From an uncultured Methanosarcinaceae archaeon (GTDB lineage: Archaea > Halobacteriota > Methanosarcinia > Methanosarcinales > Methanosarcinaceae): 64,000 nt of DNA. Location of the stretch: contig CAWHXP010000005.1 in the NCBI GenBank assembly GCA_963833425.1, forward strand, positions 187,902-251,901. The letters run 5' to 3'. Of the stretch, positions 24,487 through 35,150 are shown in pieces. The notes below the pieces were generated by a model. That model was not told the DNA's origin. It did no database searches and saw nothing but the letters and a program-made list of their open reading frames with translations. Position 1 is the first letter of the stretch. Every line of letters begins with the position of its first letter. Made by a program: the position numbers and the translations under genes.

Positions 24487-24867
24487 TCAGTACATTCTAT
24501 ATATATCATTCTGATTTCTATTTAATTCACATATAGAATACATGTTTTGGGGTGTAATGAAATTAAATTTTGTCCAAAATCTGTTTTGCTTCAACTTCGC
24601 TGAATGTCTGTAGAGTGACTTCTTGCTGTAGATATTGAGATTGTCTATTACCGGCCATATAAATTCGGCTTTTTGATATTTTAAGATAGTGATAATTTCC
24701 AAGAATTGTGCAAAAATTGTGCAAAATCTGTTATAATTCTTCTTTTGGTGACCTGAGTCACCTTTTTTCTCTCTTTGAATTCTATTACCATAAATATATT
24801 TGCTTTCAACTCTGGAATATCTATAATCATATTTTTCTAAGTTATCAGGCTTTATTGGGATGGTCAT
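24487..24867 (-). CDS. Hypothetical protein, possibly a fragment
   Basis: 126-aa ORF with ATG start; no recognisable motif. Confidence 0.3.
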   Translation of the reverse strand: MTIPIKPDNLEKYDYRYSRVESKYIYGNRIQREKKGDSGHQKKNYNRFCTIFAQFLEIITILKYQKAEFIWPVIDNLNIYSKKSLYRHSAKLKQNRFWTKFNFITPQNMYSICELNRNQNDIYRMY

Positions 24868-25789
24868 TCTCTCATTTATAGCATTTTAGTTAGTTTCTCG
24901 TCAAGAAGTTTATAGTTTTATTCTGATTTCGGACATTTTTTAGGAATATAAGTCGTCTAAGGGGTAATCAAAAACCCTACTTCAAGGACTGATATGAAGT
25001 CTTTTTTTTAATCAAATGGGAAATAGGTTGGCGATATCACTTAAGCTAATGAAATAATGCAGAAGAAATCTCATTTTGGAATTTGAGCGATAATCGACCA
25101 ATATTGTGTCTTTCTGTTTAAGCCAGTGGAAGGTTGCTACTAATACCTGCTGCAAGGGCATAAGGTATCCCAAAAATCAGGAATACGTAATTTTTGTACT
25201 AATTAATTTAATTTAGTGCTATTATATATAACAAAATAAATAATTGTAATTTATAGGTATTTCAGCATCTTCAATGGGGGGATTAAATGAAAGACATAAT
25301 AACAGTAGATATTTATGACGTGTATGATAAGAAATTAATAGAAGGAGTTATGCCGGTCAATTCAGTCCACGACCTAACATCGTTTCCAATGTTAGATGCA
25401 TAGTTACTAATTCAACTATTGGTGCTTAAATTTGTAATTGTTAGTCATATTGTCGAAAATGTACAAAATTCGGAGAATGCGTCTGCATTTGTGGAGTACA
25501 AACTCCCGGGATTTATGATGTTAGTATGGCTGCCTAAGTCCACGCGGATGTAGTGTGAATAAAGTCCTAAAAGACGTTACTAATACTGATTATATCCATT
25601 ATGAGTCCTGATGATAACTTTGTTGGATTAGCAGAAGGATCTCAGCCCTTTATTTGCTTAATCCTATGATAAACTGTCTCAATTTAGTCTAGTTATTATT
25701 TGTAGATATTCTTGTACCTTGGAATAGACTTTTCGACGGGCTGCAGCATATCTCCCTAGCAGCTGACAAGATTAATTTTTTGAATCATT

Positions 25790-25864
25790 CTGCATAAGCC
25801 GAACTTTGTTGCCGAGAATTCCTAAATTAAGCTGCATAAGCCAAACTTTTTTGTCGATATTTCC
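25790..25864. repeat. Two 33-bp direct repeats (42-bp period, 28/33 identical)
   Basis: CTGCATAAGCCGAACTTTGTTGCCGAGAATTCC / CTGCATAAGCCAAACTTTTTTGTCGATATTTCC. Confidence 0.8.
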
Positions 25865-26176
25865 AGATCCCTAGTACTCATAAATTCATGGGTAACACTA
25901 TGTTGATCAAACTCTGCGATTTGTCCTCTTGCTATTTTTTTATGACCCAAGTTAATTCAATGGCCTTCTTTTTGAAAAATACCAGAGTGCAAAAAATAGA
26001 ACATTTCTCGATAAATGGGGCACAATCTTCATTGCTTGCACTTGAGACTTCCCAAAGCTAATTGTGCTTTCTTCCTATTTAGGACGATCTTGTAGATTAT
26101 CTTCTTTTAATTACAACATTAATTCTAACGCAAATTTCTGGTCCATCTCTTGCTGTAGCTATCAATAAAACTCATT

Positions 26177-26554
26177 TTAATCACCCTTGTACCAATTTTT
26201 CCTAATCGTCTTAACAAAAACTCTAATCTCGTATGTTTGTCCTTCTTTGTCGGGAATGTACTCTTTCCCAATGTAACAGTTTCCGGTTGCTCCGATAGTT
26301 CTGTTAGATAGTTCTTTCCATAGGTCTTTATTAAGGCAGTGAAATTCAGATGGCTCGGCAAATTCAGATAGCTTGCCAAATTCAGATGGTTTGCCAAATT
26401 CAGATATATCTGTAAATTCAGATAGCTTTCTAAATTCGGATAGATTGGAAAATTCCGATTGCTCATCATCTGACAGGATCATTTCCATCTCTCTTAGGTA
26501 GATTTCAAATTCTTCGTCTGTCATCTTTTTTTTATTGTTTCTCATTTGTTTCAC
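26177..26554 (-). CDS. Hypothetical protein with 6-aa SEFxxL/P tandem repeats (18-bp units, about 26340-26460)
   Basis: SEFSNL-SEFRKL-SEFTDI-SEFGKP-SEFGKL-SEFAEP-SEF. Confidence 0.6.
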   Translation of the reverse strand: MKQMRNNKKKMTDEEFEIYLREMEMILSDDEQSEFSNLSEFRKLSEFTDISEFGKPSEFGKLSEFAEPSEFHCLNKDLWKELSNRTIGATGNCYIGKEYIPDKEGQTYEIRVFVKTIRKNWYKGD

Positions 26555-28187
26555 CTTTTGACCAACATCACATGCCTTTTACAATAAATATTTAATTTTA
26601 ATAGTATATAAGAAGCTACTTCACAGTAAATAAATTATTAAAACTAAAGAACTGGGCGCTATTATTCAAAAGTAGTCTTTTAGCTAGAGACGAGTTGGTT
26701 GATGTATCCGTTGACCGTTCATCCAAATTTGGATCAATTAATTGATTTTTAGATGAGAGTTATTTGGAAAGAAGGTGATTAACGCAGAAGATATAATGGG
26801 AGAATCTATCGTTAATGAGAAAAAAATAATAGAATTATTAAGACACTATTACACAATTTTCTCTTCAACTTACCAGATCCCATTACATTTAGATCATGCT
26901 ATTTGGATATACATTGTAAGTATGATCATTTGACCATGATACTATATTTTTATCCTTTTCTACGGCATAATTTAAAAATTCATACAATTTACGACTACAA
27001 TCAAAAAGTTCAGAAATCGATCTAAATTCTCTTACATCAAATGTTAAGCATCGATTATTTATAACTATAGATATATAATATATCTTGCTATATTATACAA
27101 CTAATAATATGCCAATTAGCTATACTATATAATAATTATATTATTAATATATAATGTCAAAAAAATAAAGCTATCTATTGCTGATTCTTATTCTTGTAAA
27201 AAGATATGGAAAACTTTTTGAGAATAATGCTTCCAAATGTTGATATTTATTTTTTGATTTTAAATTTGGCTATACTCATACCAACCATAGATACATAATT
27301 ATAACTCCCAGTTTACACACAATTTTGATTCTGGTTTCAACATCCAAAAGAGCAGCAATTTACGTTAACTTAAGAATTTTACAAAGCCGTTATTTTATAG
27401 ATATAGTGTATTGTTATGATGGAATATATATGAAAAACAGCCATTTAGAGTGAGAAAGAACTAAAAAAGCTTATTTTTCAAAAATATACATGCTTTCTTT
27501 GTTACAAAATCTGTGCATTCTCTCACTTTCAGCCAAAATTTGATAATATTTCTTAACCAAATCTTGGTGAAAATACCTAGTATTTAACAAAATAGATCGA
27601 ATTTAACTAAGCAAAAACTTGGCTATTTGTATCTCTTAAAGGAAAGGATCCATAAAATTTAGATGTGAAATCTGAAAAATAGCAATTCTCTCAAAAGGTT
27701 GCTATTCAGACAACTGAAAAATAAATATTTTTTTTGTATTAAAAAAAATCAATTTTAATCGTATTTCTTTTACTGATCGCTATTAACTAGGCATTATTAG
27801 ATCAACTTTTTTCTCAAGCTATATTCTTATTTTTAAGGACGCTATTATAAAAGAGATTCGGCTCGTCCAAAAAGTTAAATATATTAATAAAATAAAAAAT
27901 TTTAAAGATACAACACGATTATTCAGTGAGAAAGGTGTAAACTTATAATGGTGCTGACTGATACGAGTAGACCACAAAAGACACTGGTTAGTCCACTGAT
28001 GGTTGTTTTTTACTATCATTGACAGTTGAAGCAGTAACCCACGGCAGTATATAAAAGCTTGTAATTCTTAGGGTGAGCTAAAATGAATGATTTCGGGTCT
28101 AATACTATTGCTCGAAAAATCAAAAAATGATAGGTATTGCACAAATAGAAGATTTTTTAAAACATGTAAATTATGGAGATTACAGAT

Positions 28188-28370
28188 ATGAGCATACAAA
28201 AATTAGATCGAATTAAAAAAACGATTGTTATTCTACTGGTAGTTGGTTTTTTACTATCATTGACAGCTGTATCGGTAAGCACCAAAGGTGCAAAAGGCTC
28301 AGACGTCGTGACTATCAGTTCGTCACGAAAGAATGATAAAATATGTTCTGGCTCAAAGGAGGTTTGTTGA
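28188..28370 (+). pseudogene. Truncated secreted-protein ORF (host-type signal peptide only)
   Basis: KKTIVILLVVGFLLSLTAVSVS leader; duplicated fragment at about 27995-28038. Confidence 0.5.
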
Positions 28371-29038
28371 TGCCAAAAATACGTTTTCTTGCTCCTGCAG
28401 CGCCACACTCTTGCAACATTGCAAACGCTAGCGCCATAACATTGCCTGACGCAGTGCACGACACGTCTTTGGCGCAAATTGTTGGAACGGCATGCCAATC
28501 GAAAGCCAGCATCGTCTTGGCTGGTGGTTGTTTTTGGGGTGTCCAAGCTGTTTTCCAGCATGTCAAAGGCGTGACAAACGCCGTATCCGGCTATGCGGGA
28601 GGGGCAGCGAGTACGGCGCATTACGAAACTGTCGGCACCGGCAAAACAGGACATGCAGAGTCGGTACAATTGACGTATAACCCCTCGCAAATAACGCTTG
28701 GGAAAATTCTGAAAGTGTTTTTCTCGATCGTCCATGATCCGACTGAGCTTAACTACCAGGGTCCAGACCACGGCACACAATATCGCTCCGCGATTTTCTA
28801 TTCGACGCCGGAACAGAAAAAAGTTGCGGAAGCTTATATTGACCAATTGCAACAAGAAAAAATCTTTAAGGCTCCTATTGTAACCAAGCTGGAGCCTTTA
28901 AAGGCTTTCTATCCCGCTGAGGATTATCACCAAAACTATGCAAGGCTTCACCCATCTGATCCCTACATTGCGATTAATGATCTGCCGAAAGTAAAAGCGC
29001 TTTCGAAAGAGCTCCCAGACCTTTACATCAAACTATGA
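28370..29038 (+). CDS. msrA: Peptide-methionine (S)-S-oxide reductase MsrA, bacterial type
   Basis: AGGCFWG, GHAESVQ, QGPDHGTQYRS, AEDYHQNY; AAGGAGG RBS before the ATG at 28370; visibly more GC-rich than its flanks. Confidence 0.95.
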   Translation: MPKIRFLAPAAPHSCNIANASAITLPDAVHDTSLAQIVGTACQSKASIVLAGGCFWGVQAVFQHVKGVTNAVSGYAGGAASTAHYETVGTGKTGHAESVQLTYNPSQITLGKILKVFFSIVHDPTELNYQGPDHGTQYRSAIFYSTPEQKKVAEAYIDQLQQEKIFKAPIVTKLEPLKAFYPAEDYHQNYARLHPSDPYIAINDLPKVKALSKELPDLYIKL

Positions 29039-29136
29039 GTACACTCAATGTTGTGCTAGCTTTCGTCGAAGAAGTCTGGTTGATTCTGGCGCCTTACATC
29101 TTGCTGATTTTGCAGATCTTGCTGGCACCTAGTTAA
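29035..29136 (+). pseudogene. N-terminal relic of a CcdA/DipZ cytochrome c biogenesis protein
   Basis: ATGA overlap with the msrA stop; LAFVEEVWLILAPYILLILQILLA resembles LAFxxGxxxILSPCILPILPILL. Confidence 0.55.
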
Positions 29137-29739
29137 AAATCCAATGAAATTTACGACATTATCAAAACTTGTAGTTATGCACCTACAAAGAATTATCCAG
29201 CAATTATAATCTAGAATGTAGATAAATGGATTATCTAGGAGCCTGAGGTTTTTGATTATTATTTTGAAACTGAATCCGAATTAAGCCGTAGTAAATCTGA
29301 AATGAATGATATGAAAATTTTGAAACAGAAATAGTCAAATGTATTGAAATTATGAATATTTCATAAAATCGATATGTAAAGAGTTGGCTATATCGAGTAT
29401 CACGATTATAAGGTAGGATATCCACATATGAAGCAGCGAGCAACTTATATTATGATCGTGAAAATAAGACAACATTTAGTATTTTGTTTAAAAATATAAC
29501 AGCAAACAAGACTAAAAATACACAGATTAGTTTAAAAAATAGGATGTGTGTCTATTCATGTTTTGGAGTTTGTAAGTTAGTACTAGTGAGTTGAATAGTC
29601 ATGCAGAATTTACGTTAAGAAAATACATCTCTTTTATAGCAAAATCTATGCATCAATAAAAAACGATCTACTCCTATTTTTTTATGATGAAAAAAAATAA
29701 TTCAGAACTTTCTATGCACTTCCAAAAAAACGGAGACCA

Positions 29740-29822
29740 GAAAATAATAAAAACGGAAGCTTTACCAGTAAATGCTTTTGGCTCTGAATCTTACTTTTTG
29801 CAGTGCAAAAAAAGGTAAGGGA
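29740..29822. repeat. Left arm of an 83-bp inverted repeat flanking the TPR gene
   Basis: 80/83 identical to the reverse complement of 31157-31239. Confidence 0.95.
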
Positions 29823-30182
29823 AAATTAATATTTTACAGAACTGTTGACAAACTTCCACATTGCCAAATTTAACTATTGATTCCACTTGTTTTGTTGCAA
29901 TCAATCAAAATAACGAGAATTTCTGCCGTATAATTTCATGGCACTTTCTTATTTTCAATTTTTTTTCCTTTATATGAAAGCCAATTAAGATCTCACAAAA
30001 GAACTATTACGTATTAGATTATTTTCGAATTATTCAGATCAAAAACCATCATTTATATAATACAATATGTATATATATAAGCTCAAAGTAATCATTAAAC
30101 GTCCACCGAGTGAGCAAATTTGTAAAAGATAACAAATGCTTCAGTGGAACTTAATATTTAAATATATATCCTGAGGATTAAA

Positions 30183-31040
30183 ATGAAAGAAACTAAATGT
30201 GATAACGCAAGTAGAAAGCTTACAATCATAACGATTTTAGGAATCACTGTACTGGGATTTTTAATGCTAGTAAGTATTGCAGGTGCTGCACAGATTGTAG
30301 ATATTCCGAATTCCGGCAGCAACAATGTATCTAATTTAACTATAGTACTTGAAAATGACATAAAAATTCAGGAAAAAGCGATTGAAATTAACCCACAAAA
30401 CTCAACGGCTTGGAACATCAAAGGGGCTGATTTAGGGCTATCAGGCAAGTTCGATGAAGCAATAAAAGCATTTGACAAGGCAATTGAAATTAACCCACGG
30501 GATTCACTGGCTTGGATCAATAAAGGATTTGCTCTAGGTGATTTAAATAAATCCGATGAAGCAATAAAAGCATTTGACAAAGCAATTGAAATTAACCCGC
30601 AAAATTCAACGGCTTGGAACATTAAAGGAATTGCTCTGAGCAATTTTAATAAATCCGATGAAGCAATAAAAGCATTTGACAAGGCAATTGAAATTAATCC
30701 GCAGGATTCAATGGCTTTGGACAATAAAGGAGAGTCTCTAGGAAATTTAGGCAAATCAGATGAAGCAATAAAAGCATTTGACAAGGCAATTGAAATCAAC
30801 TCGCAGGATTCAGTTGCTTGGACAGGCAAAGGTCTGGCTCTGGAAGATTTAAATAAATCTGATGAAGCAATCACGGCATATGACAAAGCGATTGAAATTA
30901 ACCCAAAGAATTCAATGGCTTGGTATAATAAAGGAGATGCTCTCGATAGATTAAATAAATCCGATGAAGCAACAAAAGCATATGATAAAGCGATTGAAAT
31001 TAACCCTCAACTCAAAAACTTGGTCAATGAAAGTACTTAA
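30183..31040 (+). CDS. Secreted or membrane-anchored tetratricopeptide repeat protein
   Basis: Signal peptide ending SIAGA, then about 6.5 copies of a 34-aa (102-bp) AW.NKG..L..L.K.DEAIKAFDKAIEINP unit. Confidence 0.92.
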   Translation: MKETKCDNASRKLTIITILGITVLGFLMLVSIAGAAQIVDIPNSGSNNVSNLTIVLENDIKIQEKAIEINPQNSTAWNIKGADLGLSGKFDEAIKAFDKAIEINPRDSLAWINKGFALGDLNKSDEAIKAFDKAIEINPQNSTAWNIKGIALSNFNKSDEAIKAFDKAIEINPQDSMALDNKGESLGNLGKSDEAIKAFDKAIEINSQDSVAWTGKGLALEDLNKSDEAITAYDKAIEINPKNSMAWYNKGDALDRLNKSDEATKAYDKAIEINPQLKNLVNEST

Positions 31041-31156
31041 TCTAAATAAAATAAATCTAATGATAGATGCGTGGTACAATAAAGAACTCTATTTAAGTAG
31101 ATAAAAAATTTAATTTGTGGGGACAGTGTATCTAACGTTCTGTAAAATATGAATCG

Positions 31157-31239
31157 TCCCTTACCCTTTTTTACACTGCAAAAAGTAAGATTCAGAGCCA
31201 AAAGCTTTTACTGGTAAAGCTTCCGTTTTTATTATTTTC
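31157..31239. repeat. Right arm of the 83-bp inverted repeat
   Basis: Reverse complement of 29740-29822 with 3 mismatches. Confidence 0.95.
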
Positions 31240-32128
31240 ACGAACGACTAGGTTTAAAGCAATAATCTATGCATTAGCAAATGAGCCTGGTCAGCTACTG
31301 CACATTTTTATGACATACTAGGATCCGTAAAATTATAAAGATTGTGAACACAAGTCCAATTAAGCATTATGAAGTATTCGAATATATTTTCAATTTGAAA
31401 AAAACATAAAATTTGCATTTGTAAACAAATGTCAACTAAGAAAGAGCTAGAAAAAAGAAGAAATAAAAGGAGACAGGAAAAACAGAAAAAAACTGAAACC
31501 AGTAATAAATGAATTCAAAAAAATACATAAATCATAAAAAAGGAAACAGAGTCGAATAAAAAGAAAAAAACATAAAAAGCGGCTCACACACAGCTAATAA
31601 TACACGTTACACCACGCAAGATAAAGGGACAGGACAGGAATCTTTCAATTTTTCATGTGCAGAAGTTTTATCATAAAAAATCCATATATTTTCTTCGTTT
31701 CAGCTGAAATCAGAAATATTTTTACTTTTTTTAAATGAATCATATTACAATTTTATAAAAAATCTCTATGATCTTAGTTATTTAAAAAATTGGAATCAAA
31801 AACATAAACCACTACTTTTACTATCGATTATCCATAGAAGATTTCATTGCCAATAATACTTATTAAAAAAATGAAACAAAAATATATATAAATATTTCCG
31901 GTAATATCCGTGATATTCACATAGATAACTTACAAAACATGATATCACCATGAGTATCAAAAGGCTTAGTAATGTCAATAAAAAAACAGATAGTATATAA
32001 TATATAAATTAACAAAAAAATTATAGAAAATTCCGATAAATCGCAATTTTATGCTGTTGCTTATAGAGTTTATACAGGTGACTTGTTTAAATCAAATGTA
32101 AATCGGAATTCCCTATGGAATATATTAC

Positions 32129-32473
32129 TTATAGTATGATATTAACTGGTGGGTAGTAGGGGTAGAAGGGGTATTCCATGCCGTAACAGCCGCCAATACC
32201 GTATCCATATCCTCCGCAGCCGCCCCAGCCGCCCATGCCACAGCCGCCCCAGCCGCCCATGCCACAGCCGCCAAATCCGCCGTAGCCGCATCCGCCGAAG
32301 CCACATCCACCAAATCCGCCGCATCCGCCAAATCCGCCGCATCCGCCAAAGCCGCGATCTCCGAAGCCGTGACCGAAACGGTGACCTCCGCGGCCTCCAT
32401 CTGCACTAGCTGCAATTGCTGTTAAAGATGCTACAAAAAGGACTGAAAGCAAAATGGCCAGTACCTTTTTCAT
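32129..32473 (-). CDS. Small secreted Gly/Cys/aromatic-rich repeat protein
   Basis: MKKVLAILLSVLFVASLTAIAASA signal peptide, then GGFGGC / GMGGWGGC repeats and a PFYPYYPP tail. Confidence 0.8.
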   Translation of the reverse strand: MKKVLAILLSVLFVASLTAIAASADGGRGGHRFGHGFGDRGFGGCGGFGGCGGFGGCGFGGCGYGGFGGCGMGGWGGCGMGGWGGCGGYGYGIGGCYGMEYPFYPYYPPVNIIL

Positions 32474-32598
32474 TCCACTATACTGTTTCAACATTTATTT
32501 ACACTCCCATTTTATTTTATTTTATTTGATACAATGTTAATCGGTTTAGGACTTACGTAGTTGAACAGCAAAATAAGTAGCTGTTAAATGTGTAAGTT

Positions 32599-32688
32599 TC
32601 AAAATTTCAATAAACCACCAGATTTTATCACAGGCATATAACTGGTTTATATAACTAGTGAAAAATCAGAAGTTTATCAAAATCCTCT
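32599..32688. mobile_element. About 90-bp MITE, family B
   Basis: AAAATTTCAATAAACC ... GTTTATCAAAATCCTCT. Confidence 0.6.
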
Positions 32689-33356
32689 CTATTTTCATAG
32701 CACGTGCCTACTTAGTACCAAAATTTAGTGATTAACGTAAAATTAAAATCACTCGATTTTGCAATTTGCTACAATCCGTGTAATTATACTTCTGGATTGA
32801 AGCTTCTAAATATCGAATGTTAATTTTGATCGAAGGCTGAATTTTTCGTGTGAATTCAGATCTTCAATCAAAAAATGTAAGATCACTTAATTTTGGAATA
32901 AGCTGGATATGCTAATGAAAAGTGATTTCAAGTTGTATCAACCATATATTATTATTCAATGAATATAAAACAAAGAGAATACTAAATAAGGAACTTATAT
33001 TTACGATATCTAGACTATAAATAATCCAATATTCCAATCTAATCATATCCTTCGCTTGTGGTAATGAATCCACATGTCCTTTTTGGAGATTGCCAATGCA
33101 GCAGATGTCTTGCGTGAAAGATTTTTTGATATTAATAATTAACTTTTTAACTTTTTTTATGCTTAAAATAAACGGATACAGAGTTAATCAGATTTTATAG
33201 AATTTTCGGTACACTGCTGATTAATGTAAAAAAAAGAAAGAATACACAGTTTTTGTGTAAAACCTCATGCATAATAAAGTTACATATCAGCATAGTGATT
33301 ATATTCGCCCCTACTTCTTGTTGGCTAAAGCATCACATAATCTATTCAATTTTTAT

Positions 33357-34466
33357 TTAGTGAATCAAATTTTTAAGTTCAACAATCGCTAAATTTGTGT
33401 ATCCCTTAATCAGATCTCCCACTGCATCGTGTAGTTCAGATATAAATTCCACACCAGATTGGTGATTCCACTCACCCGAAACGACTAAACCTTGTACAAA
33501 AGTGATCATTTGATGTATTTTCTTCACAGGAGTCAGTACATTGATTGCAACATTCGATGATAATGCAGTGTAATTTATAGCATCATCAGGCGTAAAATCA
33601 ACATGCAATGTTTGAATTCCTTCATTCAGTACGGTTCCTAAGGGGGGATTATAAATGAATGTCCCATTTAACGAAGCATTTGCATTTAGCTGAGTGCTAC
33701 TTAATGTTGTTCCATGGACTATGTCAGCAGGATTATTCCAAGTAATTATAGGAGTCGCTCTTGTTACATTAATCAAAGCAGTTGAATACGCTTGTGTATA
33801 GTTGACAGTATCGGTTGGTGTGAAGGTGATACTCAATATCTGCTGCTGACCTGCACTCAATACAGTGCCAGTGGGTGGAGTATATACAAAATTTCCATTT
33901 ACTGAAGCGTACGCATCTAGCTGAGTGTTGTTCAATGCCGTTCCATATGTTATATTAGAAGGATTATTCCAATAAATTGTAGGTGTTAATTTTCCTACAA
34001 GCTGCCCGAGATTATAAGGATTCCATCCTAAATTCACTGTGGCCATGACAGTACTATTCCCTGCGTTGATTACAGGGACATTTTTATCTAATCTGTTCGC
34101 AGAATTATACTTTCGTTCCATTTGAGTGAATGCAACTCCAATAGGATATTTTCCTGCATTTAACATGGCTGTAACAGCGTTTTTGGCAGTGTCAATCACG
34201 GAGACATTTTTGTTATCATCGGTCGTCAAATATACTTTTGACCCATCAGTAGTGATTGCAACTTTCCAAAGATCGTTCCCCACATTCATGATGGTTATAA
34301 AAGCGTTGGTTGCAGTATCAATTACTGAGTCAGTGTTGATTACAGAGTCAGTGTTGCTGTCCTTTGTAATATAAGTAAATGGAGCCGCGTCTGCGGCACT
34401 CACCAGCATCAAAATCGCAGCTACTAACACTAAAGCTATTGAATACAGCTTTATTTTATTTAGCAT
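33357..34466 (-). CDS. Cell-surface protein: signal peptide, degenerate YVTN beta-propeller and two Ig-like repeats
   Basis: AAPFTYIT, NVSVIDTA, DGSKVY; duplicated TPxIxWNNPxxIxxGTxL units. Confidence 0.8.
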   Translation of the reverse strand: MLNKIKLYSIALVLVAAILMLVSAADAAPFTYITKDSNTDSVINTDSVIDTATNAFITIMNVGNDLWKVAITTDGSKVYLTTDDNKNVSVIDTAKNAVTAMLNAGKYPIGVAFTQMERKYNSANRLDKNVPVINAGNSTVMATVNLGWNPYNLGQLVGKLTPTIYWNNPSNITYGTALNNTQLDAYASVNGNFVYTPPTGTVLSAGQQQILSITFTPTDTVNYTQAYSTALINVTRATPIITWNNPADIVHGTTLSSTQLNANASLNGTFIYNPPLGTVLNEGIQTLHVDFTPDDAINYTALSSNVAINVLTPVKKIHQMITFVQGLVVSGEWNHQSGVEFISELHDAVGDLIKGYTNLAIVELKNLIH

Positions 34467-34740
34467 GTATTTCCCCCTTTTTAATATGATTGTTAGAGTA
34501 TAATAGGACTGATACAATCTTTTAGATTAATTTTATAATATTTATAGGCAAGTAAAATTTTATATATACAACTATCAATTTAAATGTATATAGTTCTATA
34601 CCTAATACTTACATACTTTACTATTCTGATGGATGTGACTATTAACTAATTGATTTTCTTTTTAGTCATACAATTTCCCCTTTTTTTCACTTTTCCAATC
34701 AGGATACGTTTAAAACTATAACAAATGGAATTATACCGAT

Positions 34741-35150
34741 ATGGAGGAGGTTTCCAAGCACAAAGAATTGTTTTAAAAAATTTATTCATCTCTTGAAAAA
34801 AAAGGAGAAAAAAAGATAGCAGTTTTGGGGTCTTATCAAGAGGCTATGAAAAGCCTGAAATTGATATATATTGTAGAATTTTCCAAAACGAAAACTCTGC
34901 GCATCCTCACCAGGATTGAAATAAAACTGTGAGATTTTCTTGGCGTTAAGATCGATTTGCTTACTGAAATTTCAAAATCCAATACCTTATTGATGGTATT
35001 TAAAAAGAAGCTAAAACGATCACGGTATGAAAAAGGATGATCTTATTTATCGTAACCCATCTTCAATTCAATCAAAAGGATCGATGAATATGTCGATGGT
35101 ATGGAAAAAGACATTTTTCTATTCAACAACCTGGTTCAGGACTGCTGCAC
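34741..35150 (+). pseudogene. MNT nucleotidyltransferase + DUF86/HEPN toxin-antitoxin pair, degraded
   Basis: KIAVLGSY, YIVEFSK and DFLGVKIDLLTE, followed by MKKDDLIY..EYVDGMEKDIF...LVQD. Confidence 0.65.

Noticed and set aside
25790..25864. Mini-CRISPR
   Set aside because: Only two units with a 9-bp gap; no leader or cas genes.
26700..26940. Possible N-glycosylase/DNA lyase relic (IPLHLDHAIW)
   Set aside because: Only one short motif; insufficient support.
28157..28855. 232-aa antisense ORF, and similar shadow ORFs such as 30368-30886, 32125-32415 and 60217-60675
   Set aside because: Opposite-strand or alternate-frame shadows of well-supported genes.
30370..31010. Regular 102-bp repeats resembling an array
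   Set aside because: In-frame TPR coding repeats with no unique spacers; not CRISPR.
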